Positions 10,218 to 20,692 of a stretch of 64,000 nucleotides of DNA are shown here, one piece after another; the first letter of the stretch is position 1; every line of letters starts with the position of its first letter. A program made the position numbers and the translations under genes. The stretch is from Vicinamibacterales bacterium (lineage in GTDB: Bacteria > Acidobacteriota > Vicinamibacteria > Vicinamibacterales > 2-12-FULL-66-21). The notes beneath the pieces are model-generated. The model saw only the letters and a program-made list of their open reading frames with translations. It ran no database searches and was not told the origin of the DNA. The stretch is from positions 232,549 to 296,548 of the forward strand of contig DASSPH010000069.1 in the NCBI GenBank assembly GCA_035699745.1, read 5' to 3'.

Positions 10218-10445
10218 TTACGCGGCGCTCCGCGGCATCACTCGCCTCGGCCCGCCTTCGGTCCTGATGAACGATCCATCCCGGGTCTCCGAGAGGAAGT
10301 TGTCGTTCACCAGTACCCGCAACAACTGCTCGCAGGTGACGCGGTCGAGACCCCAGAGCCGCTGGGCCTGGGCCGGCGTCAGCCGAAGTCCGGGCATTTC
10401 CGCATACTCGCCCTGAATCCGCTGAAGCACGTCTTCGATACGCAT
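10218..10445 (-). CDS. small hypothetical protein (75 aa), possibly winged-helix-like
   Basis: Starts MRIEDVLQRIQGEYAEMPGLRLTPAQAQRLWGL..., with GGGGGAAG just upstream of the ATG at 10445. The track ORF extends to 10709, but that extension looks non-coding. Confidence 0.5.
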   Translation of the reverse strand: MRIEDVLQRIQGEYAEMPGLRLTPAQAQRLWGLDRVTCEQLLRVLVNDNFLSETRDGSFIRTEGGPRRVMPRSAA

Positions 10446-10666
10446 GGCTTCCCCCGTCCGCGAGTCGCTTACTGGTGTTGCGTATGGGATCCAAAAGCAA
10501 CCGGCGTACCGCGCCGGATGCCCGGCCGATGGGAGTGCGGCTGAGGCGCGTAAGTTCTGGCAGCGGAACGAGATCCTATAGACGTCGACGAGTGGCGGGT
10601 CGCGGCTGCCGGGGCGAGTGCGGCATATAAATCGTACGGCTAGGCCGCTGCGGTTGTTGGGATTTG

Positions 10667-11584
10667 CTACGCGGTCCTCTTTCGCCAGTAGCGCGCGAGG
10701 CCCTGCCACGAATAGACGAGCCCGCCGGCCCTGATGTAGTTCTCCGCTTCCTGGTCGCCGACCTGGCGGCGGATGTCCGCGAACACCTCGTTCACAAACG
10801 CAGCCTGCCGCTCGTCTTCCGGCCGCGACTCATCAGCGACGAGCCGCCGGACGATCCGGCTCCAGTCGGAGAGGTTCCCGAACATCGCCTGCAGGTGCTG
10901 GCGTGCCCCCTGCGACGGACCGAAGTGGGTCAGAAACAGGGTGTCCGGGTCCCACGCGAGGATTTTTTTCTCACTCTCGTGCCACGCCTCGATGTCGATG
11001 TCGGGCGGGGGCGTCGGCGGCATCACGTAAGTGCCGGCGCCGCGCCGAATCCCTGCGGTATCGCCCACGAACGCGACGCCCGACGCGGTGTCGAGGTACG
11101 ACACGTGATGCGAGGCGTGCCCCGGCGTATAGGCGATTTTGACCTCCCGTCCGGCGATGGTGAGCGTCTCGCCGCCGCTGACGGCCTTCAACCGCGCCGG
11201 GTCGACGGCCTTCACCTCTCCCCAGAGCAGCTCCATGTCCTGCCCGTACAGCCGGCCGGCGCTGCTGAGGAGCTTCGCGGGATCCGCGAGGTGCGGCGCG
11301 CCGCGGTCGTGAACCACCACCTCGACGTGCGGATGCTTTTCGACGATGGATCCGACGGCGCCCGCATGGTCGAGGTGAATGTGCGTCACCAGGACCTGGC
11401 GCACGTCTTCGAAGCGTATCCCCTTCCGCGTCAGCTCGGTGGTCAGCTGCCCGAGCGATGTGGTGGGTCCCGGATCGACGAGGGCGACGCCGGCAGAGCC
11501 GTGCAGAATTGCGGTGGCGATGATGCCGGGGCGGCCGAGGAAGTTGAGGTCGACGTAGTCGAGGCCGGTGGCAAGGACGGGCAC
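10667..11584 (-). CDS. MBL-fold metallo-hydrolase
   Basis: 305 aa with the HxHxDH motif (THIHLDHAG) and downstream His/Asp ligands. GTG start. Confidence 0.9.
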   Translation of the reverse strand: MPVLATGLDYVDLNFLGRPGIIATAILHGSAGVALVDPGPTTSLGQLTTELTRKGIRFEDVRQVLVTHIHLDHAGAVGSIVEKHPHVEVVVHDRGAPHLADPAKLLSSAGRLYGQDMELLWGEVKAVDPARLKAVSGGETLTIAGREVKIAYTPGHASHHVSYLDTASGVAFVGDTAGIRRGAGTYVMPPTPPPDIDIEAWHESEKKILAWDPDTLFLTHFGPSQGARQHLQAMFGNLSDWSRIVRRLVADESRPEDERQAAFVNEVFADIRRQVGDQEAENYIRAGGLVYSWQGLARYWRKRTA

Positions 11585-11606
11585 GCCACAATTGTAGCCC
11601 TGGGCC

Positions 11607-11638
11607 GAAAAGAAAACGGCCGGCGTTTCCGCCGGCCG
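11607..11638 (-). terminator. rho-independent terminator downstream of the quinoprotein/cytochrome c operon
   Basis: Minus strand reads CGGCCGGCG-GAAA-CGCCGGCCG followed by TTTTCTTTTC. It also lies only 23 nt upstream of the MBL gene start. Confidence 0.65.
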
Positions 11639-11840
11639 CTCTCAACTAGGCGGGCAGTTCAGTGACTGCCCCCGATAGTGTCTGCCATGCATGCACCTCC
11701 CGGCCGCGACCGGCTACGAACGGGGCCGCCGGACAGGTGTAAGTCCGCGGCGATGGTCGCCTTGAGCCTTTGTTTGGCGTCCCTCATTGCGCAAGGGACG
11801 GTAGGTTCAGAATAGCATGCCGGGCAAGCACGACCGGCCG

Positions 11841-13547
11841 TCAGTACATCACGAACGCATACAGCGTCTCTCCGGTCGCCACGAGCAGGTACTGGCGGCC
11901 GTCGACCTTGTAGGTGATCGGCGCGTTCGTGACCTGCCCGATCCGGGTGTGCCACAAGGGCTTGCCGGTGCGCGCGTCATGCGCGACGAGATTGCCGCCG
12001 GCGTCGCCGGCGAACACCAGACCGCCGGCGGTCGTCAGCACTCCTCCGCCGCCGCCGTTGCCGATCGGATACCGGTGCCGCCACACGATCTTCCCGTTGC
12101 GGTAGTCAATCGCGGTCAGGTAACTGCCCGCCGACCCGACCTGGATCTCTTCCTTGCCGCCCAGCCCCATCGAGCCCCGCGGGTGGGGATCGGTGAGATA
12201 GAAGATCGAATAGGTGTTGCGCTCGGAGACGTAGAACAGGCCGGTCTGTGGCGAGTAGGCCGGCGGCTCCCAGTTCACCGTCCCGCCCGCGGTCGGCGAG
12301 ACGAGCGCGCCGGGGATCGCCGGATCCTTGACGGGATTGCGCCGCACCGAGCCCCTCGCGTCCACTTCCTTCGCCCAGTTCGTCGCCAGGCCGTACTTGC
12401 TGGTGACGACGTGCTCGCCGGTGACGCGATCGAGGGTGAAGAAGTAGCCGTTGCGGGCCGCTGTCGACACCAGCTTCCGCTTGCGGCCGTTGACCATGCC
12501 GTCGATCAGAATCGGCGTCTGCGCCGAATCCCAGTCGTGCATGTCGTGCGGCGAGGTCTGGAAGTACCAGGCCATTTTTCCGGTGTCGACGTTGACCGCG
12601 ATCAGCGAGCAGGTGAAGAGGTTGTCCCCCTCGCCGCGGCCGACCGTGTAGGCGGGAATGGGGTTGCCGGTGCCGAAGATGTACAGCCTGGTCTCGGGGT
12701 CGAACACGCCCGGCAGCCACGGCATGCCGCCGCCGTGCCGCGCGGCGTCGAGATTCTCCCAGGTGTCGAGCCCGGGATCCCCCGGCTCCATCGGCACGGT
12801 GTAGAACTTCCATTCGAGGGCGCCGGTTTCGGCGTTGAACGACTGCAGAAAGCCCGGCGTGTCGAGATCGTTCCCGACCCCCACGATCACATGGTTGTCG
12901 ACGACGAGCGGCGCGGTCGTCGAGAAGTACTGCTGGCTGAAGTCGGCGATTTCCTTGTTCCAGCGCTCCCGTCCGGTCTTCGCGTCGAGCGAAACGAGGT
13001 AGTTGTCCGGCGTCACCGTGTAGAGATAGCCGTTCCACATGCCGACGCCGCGGTTGGCGATGTGGGTGCCGCCGCGGGTCTTCCAGTAGTACTGCCAGAG
13101 CACGCGGCCGTCCCGCGCGTCCATCGCCCAGACGTTGTCCGGCATGGTCACGTAGAGCGTGCCGTCGACGAGAAGCGGCGTGCCCTTGATCCCCGAGCTG
13201 CCGGGGACGATGTCGCCGGGGCCCGGACCGCCCACGATCAGATTGGCGCCGCCGCCACCGCCGCCGCGGCCTCCGCCGCCGCGGCCGCCGCCCGATGCGA
13301 GCGGACTTGGATTGAGATTGGCCACCCAGGCCAGCGTGAGGTTCTTCACCGTGAGCCGGTTGATGTCGGCGAGCGCGCTGTACCGGCGTCCCGTGTAGTC
13401 CCCCGAGTAGCTCGTCCACCATTCGCCGAGCGGCTTGAGAAGCTCCTTCGGTTCGATGCCGCGCCCCTGCCCTTCCACCGCGACGGAGCCAACGGCGAGC
13501 GGTGCGAGCGCAACCGCCGCGGCGAGCAGCAGCTTCTTGATCGTCAT
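11841..13547 (-). CDS. PQQ-dependent-dehydrogenase-like beta-propeller protein (methanol/ethanol family fold)
   Basis: 568 aa with a signal peptide. Family motifs DNLFTCSLIAVNVDTGKMAWYFQTSPHDMHDWD and NGYFFTLDRVTG. Only one Cys in the whole protein. Gly/Arg-rich insert SGGGRGGGGRGGGGGGANL. Confidence 0.88.
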   Translation of the reverse strand: MTIKKLLLAAAVALAPLAVGSVAVEGQGRGIEPKELLKPLGEWWTSYSGDYTGRRYSALADINRLTVKNLTLAWVANLNPSPLASGGGRGGGGRGGGGGGANLIVGGPGPGDIVPGSSGIKGTPLLVDGTLYVTMPDNVWAMDARDGRVLWQYYWKTRGGTHIANRGVGMWNGYLYTVTPDNYLVSLDAKTGRERWNKEIADFSQQYFSTTAPLVVDNHVIVGVGNDLDTPGFLQSFNAETGALEWKFYTVPMEPGDPGLDTWENLDAARHGGGMPWLPGVFDPETRLYIFGTGNPIPAYTVGRGEGDNLFTCSLIAVNVDTGKMAWYFQTSPHDMHDWDSAQTPILIDGMVNGRKRKLVSTAARNGYFFTLDRVTGEHVVTSKYGLATNWAKEVDARGSVRRNPVKDPAIPGALVSPTAGGTVNWEPPAYSPQTGLFYVSERNTYSIFYLTDPHPRGSMGLGGKEEIQVGSAGSYLTAIDYRNGKIVWRHRYPIGNGGGGGVLTTAGGLVFAGDAGGNLVAHDARTGKPLWHTRIGQVTNAPITYKVDGRQYLLVATGETLYAFVMY

Positions 13548-14527
13548 TTGAGCGTCACGAGGTACGCGGTCACGTCGTGCATGTTCTTGTCGGTGAGCTC
13601 GGCGAGCAGCTTGCGATGCCCTTCCAGCGGATCCTTCAGCTCGAGCTTCGGGGTCCCGTCACGGCGCGTGAAGCTGCGGACCGTGCCGTCCGGCTGCGCG
13701 ATCGCGACGTAGAAATCGTCGAGGCGGAGCAGCCGCCCTTCGACCTTTTCACCGGACGCGGTCACCACCGTAGCGGTTACCGCGCGCCCGTTCGCGCTCG
13801 CGCCCGCCGGACCCGTACCGCGGCCGCGGCCGCCGGCTGCGCCGCCCGACACCCACGTGTTCTGCAGGGTCTTCGGGTCGGTAATGCGGCTCGCGATCCC
13901 CTGCAGGTCGCCGGCCGTCGAGTGGCACGCGCTGCACTTCGCGGCGAAGTACTTCTCCCCTTCGGCGACGTCGCCGACGACGATGTCGAGGACCACCGGT
14001 TCCTCGCCGGGCGGCGGCATGCCCTGCCGCGGCGACAGCGCCAGCGTGCTGTGGATGTACTCGGCGACGGCACGGATGTCGTCGTCGCTCATCTGGATCG
14101 GCGGCATTCCCTTGTCGGCGCGCGCGCCGCGGACGATCGGCGCGATCTTCTCGCCCGCGGTGTCGGTCAACGTCACTTCCGAGCGGAGCAGGTTGGGGCC
14201 GCCGTTCTCTCCCCCCCGCATGTCCTTGCCGTGGCAGAACGCGCAGGTCGCGTCGAACAGCGTCTTGCCGCGCGTGATCAGGGCGGGGTCGCCGGGCGGA
14301 CGCTGCTGCGCCGGGAACGATTCGGGACGCGCCCCGCGCCCTTGCCCCCGCCCGGCCGGCGGCTGCGGCTGCTGCGCGCCTCCCTGCGGCGGCGTGCCGG
14401 CGGGAGGCTGGGCCGGCGGCGGCGGCGGCGCCGGATTCTGCGAGTCTGCGCGCGCGACGACCAGCATGCTGGCAACGAGTCCCGAGGCGGCAACGACATG
14501 GGCAAGCTTGGCGAGTCTGATCGGCAT
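13544..14527 (-). CDS. dihaem c-type cytochrome
   Basis: N-terminal anchor or signal, a Pro/Gln/Gly-rich linker, and two CxxCH sites (CAFCH, CSACH). Its stop overlaps the quinoprotein start (ATGA). Confidence 0.85.
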   Translation of the reverse strand: MPIRLAKLAHVVAASGLVASMLVVARADSQNPAPPPPPAQPPAGTPPQGGAQQPQPPAGRGQGRGARPESFPAQQRPPGDPALITRGKTLFDATCAFCHGKDMRGGENGGPNLLRSEVTLTDTAGEKIAPIVRGARADKGMPPIQMSDDDIRAVAEYIHSTLALSPRQGMPPPGEEPVVLDIVVGDVAEGEKYFAAKCSACHSTAGDLQGIASRITDPKTLQNTWVSGGAAGGRGRGTGPAGASANGRAVTATVVTASGEKVEGRLLRLDDFYVAIAQPDGTVRSFTRRDGTPKLELKDPLEGHRKLLAELTDKNMHDVTAYLVTLK

Positions 14528-14534
14528 TACACCC

Positions 14535-15770
<1,236 letters not shown>

Positions 15771-15771
15771 A

Positions 15772-16968
15772 TCAGTAACTCACCTGCGTCCATACGCTGC
15801 CCGCGTGCGAGCTCTTCAGGATCGCCTCGACGACGCAGTTGGCGCGATAACCGTCCTCGAACGTGGCGAAGGCGGGCGGCTTCGGCGCGTCGGCGGGCTT
15901 TCCCTCCGCGATGAAGCCATAGATATCACGCATCAAGTTGCAGAAGGCGTCGGCCCACGCCTCCTGGTGCCCGCCGGGCAGGTGCGTGTAGCGCTGCGCC
16001 GTGCGATCCAGGAGCGACGGATCCTTCGCGAGCACCTGATTGGCCCCGTCGCGATGCCCGATCCACAGTTCGTTCTGCTCTTCCTGGCGCCATCGCATGG
16101 ACGAGGTCGCGCCGCAGACTTCGAGCACGACGTCGTTCTTGTGGCCGGCGCAGACCTGGCCGACGGAGAACGCCCCTTTCGCGCCCCCTTCGAAGCGGAC
16201 CAGCACGGACGCGAGGTCTTCGACGGTGATGTCGACGACCTCGGTCTCTTCCGCCCCGGCGGCGGCGAACGCTTCGCGCGATCCCTTCGCCTTCGGCCGC
16301 TTGCGCTTCGGGATCGTGGTGGTCAGATCGCCGAGCACGTGGGTGATCCGCAGGCCGCTGACGTGCTGGGCGAGGTCGCACCAGTGCGATCCGATGTCGC
16401 CGAGCGCCGACGACGCGCCCCCCTTGTCGGGCTCGAGCCGCCAGGAATAGTCGGTGTCCTTGATCAGCCAGTCCTGCAGGTAATGGCCGTGGATGAACCG
16501 CGGCGTGCCGATGTCGCCGCGCGCGATCGCGGTCCGCGCGTGCTGGACGATCGGGTTGCCGCGGTAATTGAAGGTCACGGCATGGACGATCCCGGCCTTC
16601 CGCGCCTGGTCGAGCAGCGACCGTGCTTCCGCGGCGGTCATCGCCAGCGGCTTGTCGGAAACGACGTGTTTCCGCCTGGCGATGGCTGCCGCGTTCACCT
16701 CGTAGTGGAGGTAGTTCGGCGTCGCGTTGTGAATGACCTGGATGCGCGGATCGTCGAGCAGCTCCTGGTAGCTGCCGTAGGCCTGCTCGACGTGCAGCGC
16801 GTCGGCCTTGGCGCGCGCCGACGCCGCACTGCTGCCGGCCACCGCGACGATGTCGACGAATCCCAGACGCCGGACGGCGTCCACGTGGTGCGGCCCGACG
16901 AACCCGGCGCCGACCAGTCCCATGCCAATGCGTTTCGTAGCCACGGGCGCATCATACTCACAGCGCAT
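15772..16968 (-). CDS. Gfo/Idh/MocA family oxidoreductase
   Basis: Rossmann motif GLVGAGFVG near the N-terminus and a typical C-terminal alpha/beta domain. The true start may be a few codons inside the ATG at 16968. Confidence 0.9.
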   Translation of the reverse strand: MRCEYDAPVATKRIGMGLVGAGFVGPHHVDAVRRLGFVDIVAVAGSSAASARAKADALHVEQAYGSYQELLDDPRIQVIHNATPNYLHYEVNAAAIARRKHVVSDKPLAMTAAEARSLLDQARKAGIVHAVTFNYRGNPIVQHARTAIARGDIGTPRFIHGHYLQDWLIKDTDYSWRLEPDKGGASSALGDIGSHWCDLAQHVSGLRITHVLGDLTTTIPKRKRPKAKGSREAFAAAGAEETEVVDITVEDLASVLVRFEGGAKGAFSVGQVCAGHKNDVVLEVCGATSSMRWRQEEQNELWIGHRDGANQVLAKDPSLLDRTAQRYTHLPGGHQEAWADAFCNLMRDIYGFIAEGKPADAPKPPAFATFEDGYRANCVVEAILKSSHAGSVWTQVSY

Positions 16969-16999
16969 CCCCCGTTGCTACCCCCCCGGGGCGTGCGAA

Positions 17000-18037
17000 T
17001 CAGCGGCCGCCGATCATCGCCACCGGCTCTCCCTTCGTGACCGGCGGCGTGCCGACGACATAGAGGATCTGACCGTCGAACGGCGCGATCACCTCCTCGA
17101 TCGTCCGGCCGTGAAAGTCCGTGATGTGGCCGAGCCGCGCCCCCTTCTTGACCTCGCGCCCCTTCTCCACCGCGGCGTAGAAGATGCCGGTCGCGCCGGC
17201 GCGCAGCACTTCGTTGCGCTCGAACAGCACCGGGGCGGCGACCGGCGCCGGACCGTCGGTGCGCATGCCGAGGTGCTTCATCAGCCCTGCGACGCCGCGC
17301 CGGACCAGCTCGATCGAGGCCTCGTCGACGATCGCCATGCCGCCGGTTTCCGTGGTCAGCGCCGGCTTGCCGCGGGTGATCGCGGTGTTGGAGGTGTACA
17401 CCGAGTTGGCGGGATCGGTCGGACGCTCGCGATCGACCACGATGTGCTCGAGGCCGAAGGCGAGCGCCATCGCGCGCCCGGCCTGCGCGACCTTCGGGTC
17501 GCCGGTAGTGATCCAGTAGCTGTACGGGCGGAGCGATTCGTTGCCGTCGCCGCAGTGCAGATCGACGACGTGGGTGGCGCGCGCGATCACTTCGCGGGTG
17601 ATCGTCTCGGCGATGCGCTCCGAGATGGTGCCATCCGCCTTGCCGGGATAGACGCGGTTGAGGTTCTTGCCGTCGACCGGTGAGTAGTAGATCGTGCGGC
17701 CCAGGAACGACGGCATGTTGGCGACGTGAACCATGATCACGGCGCCCGTGATCGCCTTCGCGTCGATGGCCGTCCGCAGCCGCTGGAGCGCGACGATGGG
17801 CACGTATTCCATCCCGTGCGTGCCGGCGATCAGCGCCAGCACCGGGCCGGAAGACGCCCCGTTGATCACAGTGACGGGGATGGTGGTGCCGCTGTCGCCG
17901 GCACGTGCGGGGACATCGAGCGTGCCGCTCGCCACCGCACCAGGTGCGGCAGTGACGCCGCCGACGGTGATGGGCTGCTGCGCCGCGGCGGATCGGGAAA
18001 CGGCGAGCAGCAGGATCAGGAGCGCGATGCGTCGCAT
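17000..18037 (-). CDS. succinylglutamate desuccinylase/aspartoacylase (M14-like) family protein, secreted
   Basis: Start set at MRRIALLILLLAVSRSAAAQ, with GGAGG 9 nt upstream. Zinc motif AGTHGMEY. Only the last 345 aa of the 774-aa track ORF are real. Confidence 0.85.
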   Translation of the reverse strand: MRRIALLILLLAVSRSAAAQQPITVGGVTAAPGAVASGTLDVPARAGDSGTTIPVTVINGASSGPVLALIAGTHGMEYVPIVALQRLRTAIDAKAITGAVIMVHVANMPSFLGRTIYYSPVDGKNLNRVYPGKADGTISERIAETITREVIARATHVVDLHCGDGNESLRPYSYWITTGDPKVAQAGRAMALAFGLEHIVVDRERPTDPANSVYTSNTAITRGKPALTTETGGMAIVDEASIELVRRGVAGLMKHLGMRTDGPAPVAAPVLFERNEVLRAGATGIFYAAVEKGREVKKGARLGHITDFHGRTIEEVIAPFDGQILYVVGTPPVTKGEPVAMIGGR

Positions 18038-18091
18038 TTTTTCAGCCTCCGGGGGCGGATTGTATGGCAGGTTATAGCGGCGGGAGGTCAT

Positions 18092-19600
18092 ATGAACCGG
18101 CGGGAGTTCATCGGCACGGTCACGGCAGCGTCGGCCTGGACCATCGTCCCGCGGCGGGTGCTCGGCGGCCGCGGCTATGTCCCCCCCAGCGACATGATCC
18201 TGCTGGCACAGGTCGGCTGCGGCATGCAGGCGCAGCGGCAGGTGAACACCGGGTTCGTGCGCCGCGAGGACCTGCAGTTCGTCGCGGTGGTCGATCCCAA
18301 CCGCGACTCGCAGGACTACGTGGACTGGGAGAACTTCGGCAACCGCAACCGCATCCGCCGCTTCATCGAGGAGCCGGCGTGGGGCGAAGGGGACACCGGC
18401 ATCCGCGGCGGCCGCGACATCGCGAAGCAGATCATGGAGATCTACTATCGCAAGCACGAGCGCCCCGCCGCAGGCATCCGCGCCTACGAAGACTTCCGCG
18501 AGATGCTGGAGAAGGAAGCCGACATCCAGGGGATCGTCAACATCACGCCCGATCACCAGCACGCCGCGATCAACATCGCCGCGCTGAAGAAAGGCCGGGC
18601 GGCGATCGCGCACAAGCCCGTCGCGCTGCTCCCCTACGAGCTGCGCCGGACCCTCGAGGCCGGCGCGGCGAGCGCCGCGGCGACGCACCTGCTCGCCTAC
18701 AGCAACAGTCCGGATCGTCACACCCTCGCGGCCTGGATCAAGGCGGGCGTGATCGGCAGCGTGCGTGAAGTGCACAACTGGACCAACCGTCCGTTCTGGC
18801 CGCAGGGCTGGCAGGAGTACTACACCGCGGGCCCGCCCGTTCCGGATGGATTCAACTGGCAGTTGTGGCAGGGACCGGTGCCCGATCGCCCGTACCATCC
18901 CAATTACACACACTGCCTCTATCGCGGGTGGTACGCCTACGGCAGCGGCTGTCTCGGGGACATGGGCCTGTACTCGCTCTGGCAGCCGTACCGGATCCTC
19001 GAGCTCGGCATTCCCGAATGGGTCGAAGGGCGTCCCAACAACGACGCCGCGGTCAACGAACGCCGCGTCAGCACCGGCGGGCGCGTGTCGCAGGTGGGGT
19101 TGCCCAAGTCGAGCACGCTTCGCTGGCGGCATCCCGCGACTCCCTCCCGGCCGGCGGTCGACACCTTCTGGTACGACGGCGGCAACAAGCCGCAGACGCC
19201 GGAGGAGCTGTACCAGGACAAACTGGATCTCGCCGACGAAGGCATGCTCTTCATCGGCGACAAGGGAAAGATCCTGTGCGACTTCCGTGCGACCAATCCG
19301 CGGCTCATCCCGCAGGCGCGGCATCGCGCATTCGAGGGCTCGATCGCGACGCCGGAGTTCGACGCCACGTCCCCCGAGGACGAGTGGGTGAACGCGCTGA
19401 AGCAGAAGGCGAAGTCGTCCAAGGGCAGCTTCGAGAACGTCGCCGCTCTCGCCGAAGCGGTGACGCTGGCGACGATCGCGCTGCGCGTGCCCTACAAGCG
19501 CCTGGTGTGGGATTCGGCGAAGCTGGAGTTCACCAACTCACCGGAGGCAACCAGGCTCGTCCGCCGCGAGCAGACCCGTTCGGGGTGGGAGCTGACGTAG
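18092..19600 (+). CDS. Gfo/Idh/MocA family oxidoreductase with twin-arginine signal
   Basis: Starts MNRREFIGTVTAASAWTIVPRRVLGG, with GGGAGG 4 nt upstream. About 500 aa, of the type common in Planctomycetes and Acidobacteria. Confidence 0.85.
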   Translation: MNRREFIGTVTAASAWTIVPRRVLGGRGYVPPSDMILLAQVGCGMQAQRQVNTGFVRREDLQFVAVVDPNRDSQDYVDWENFGNRNRIRRFIEEPAWGEGDTGIRGGRDIAKQIMEIYYRKHERPAAGIRAYEDFREMLEKEADIQGIVNITPDHQHAAINIAALKKGRAAIAHKPVALLPYELRRTLEAGAASAAATHLLAYSNSPDRHTLAAWIKAGVIGSVREVHNWTNRPFWPQGWQEYYTAGPPVPDGFNWQLWQGPVPDRPYHPNYTHCLYRGWYAYGSGCLGDMGLYSLWQPYRILELGIPEWVEGRPNNDAAVNERRVSTGGRVSQVGLPKSSTLRWRHPATPSRPAVDTFWYDGGNKPQTPEELYQDKLDLADEGMLFIGDKGKILCDFRATNPRLIPQARHRAFEGSIATPEFDATSPEDEWVNALKQKAKSSKGSFENVAALAEAVTLATIALRVPYKRLVWDSAKLEFTNSPEATRLVRREQTRSGWELT

Positions 19601-19640
19601 CCAGAGCCGCCGGCGGCCACGGCTCACGCCGGCACCAGGG

Positions 19641-19658
19641 CCACGAAGCCCACGAAGC
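19641..19658. repeat. tandem 9-mer (CCACGAAGC x2)
   Basis: Read directly. Lies about 40 nt downstream of the stop at 19600. Confidence 0.8.
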
Positions 19659-19775
19659 GAGCGGCGCATTCGATGTCGCGCATCCGGGCAGCGGAGTGCC
19701 GGTCGCCCGCGGGCTCACGCCCTGCGTTCGTTCGCAGAAGACCGCGGATTATACTTCGCGGCTGAGGGGTATCCC

Positions 19776-20675
19776 GTGACGCACAAACTCATCATCCGCA
19801 GCCTGGCTTTCGCGCTCGCGGCCGCCGGCGTTCAGCATCTCGCAGCTCAGACTCCCGCCCCGCGCGTCCTCCGCGTCGTCGCCTTCGGCGCGCATCCCGA
19901 CGATGCGGAATTGAAGTTCGCCGGCACCGCGGCGCTGATGGCGGCGCAGGGACACAAGATCAAGCTCGTCGCGCTGACCAACGGCGACGTCGGGCACTTC
20001 GCCCAGGCCGGCGGACCGCTCGCGCAGCGGCGTAAGGCGGAGGTGACGGCGTGCCACAAGAAGGTCGGCGTCGAGACGGACGTGCTCGACATCCACGACG
20101 GCGAGCTGATGCCGGATCTCGAAACCCGTAAGAAGGTGGCGAACATCATCCGCGAATGGCAGGCCGACATCGTCCTCTCCCACCGGCCGTGGGACTACCA
20201 CCCCGATCACCGCGCCGTCGGCAAGCTGGCGGAAGACTCGGCGGTCGTCGTCGCCGCGCCGTTCTTCGCGCCATACACGCCGCCGACCAGGCGCAACCCG
20301 ATCTTCCTCTTCTATTCCGACAACTTCCAGAAGCCGTATCCATTCGATCCGATCGTGGCGGTGGGAATCGACGACGTGGCGGAGAAGAAGTGGGCCTGCA
20401 TCGGCGACATGCCGTCGCAGTTCGCGGACGCCGATTCGTGGCAGGCGCGGTACCGCGGCAACGCGCCCGCGGATCCGGCGGCGCGCGCGGCGCAGATACT
20501 GGACGGCGTGAAGCAGCGCGACGCCGGGATCGCCGAGAAGTACCGCTCGCTGCTCGTGAAGCTGTACGGCGACCAGAAGGGGAAGGCGATCAAGTATGCC
20601 GAGGCGTTCGAGCTGAATCAGTACGGCAGCGGCGCCACGGCGGACGAGCTCAAACAGATGTTCGGCATCCGGTAA
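19776..20675 (+). CDS. PIG-L (LmbE) family deacetylase, exported
   Basis: Signal peptide followed by AFGAHPDDAE (PIG-L zinc motif) and HPDH. GTG start with GAGGGG upstream. Confidence 0.85.
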   Translation: MTHKLIIRSLAFALAAAGVQHLAAQTPAPRVLRVVAFGAHPDDAELKFAGTAALMAAQGHKIKLVALTNGDVGHFAQAGGPLAQRRKAEVTACHKKVGVETDVLDIHDGELMPDLETRKKVANIIREWQADIVLSHRPWDYHPDHRAVGKLAEDSAVVVAAPFFAPYTPPTRRNPIFLFYSDNFQKPYPFDPIVAVGIDDVAEKKWACIGDMPSQFADADSWQARYRGNAPADPAARAAQILDGVKQRDAGIAEKYRSLLVKLYGDQKGKAIKYAEAFELNQYGSGATADELKQMFGIR

Positions 20676-20692
20676 GCGTCAGCCGTCGGCGT

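Noticed and set aside
13240-13300. GC-only repetitive DNA (GCCGCC/GGC runs) that could be taken for a simple-sequence repeat or an array.
   Set aside because: It is in frame within the quinoprotein gene and encodes the Gly/Arg-rich insert. It has no spacer/repeat organisation and is treated as a coding low-complexity region.
17000-19324. 774-aa minus-strand ORF that could be read as one large protein.
   Set aside because: Only the C-terminal 345 aa (from MRRIALLILLL, preceded by GGAGG) look like a real protein, with a signal peptide and an M14-like fold. The upstream 430 aa are antisense to the Tat-signal oxidoreductase gene.
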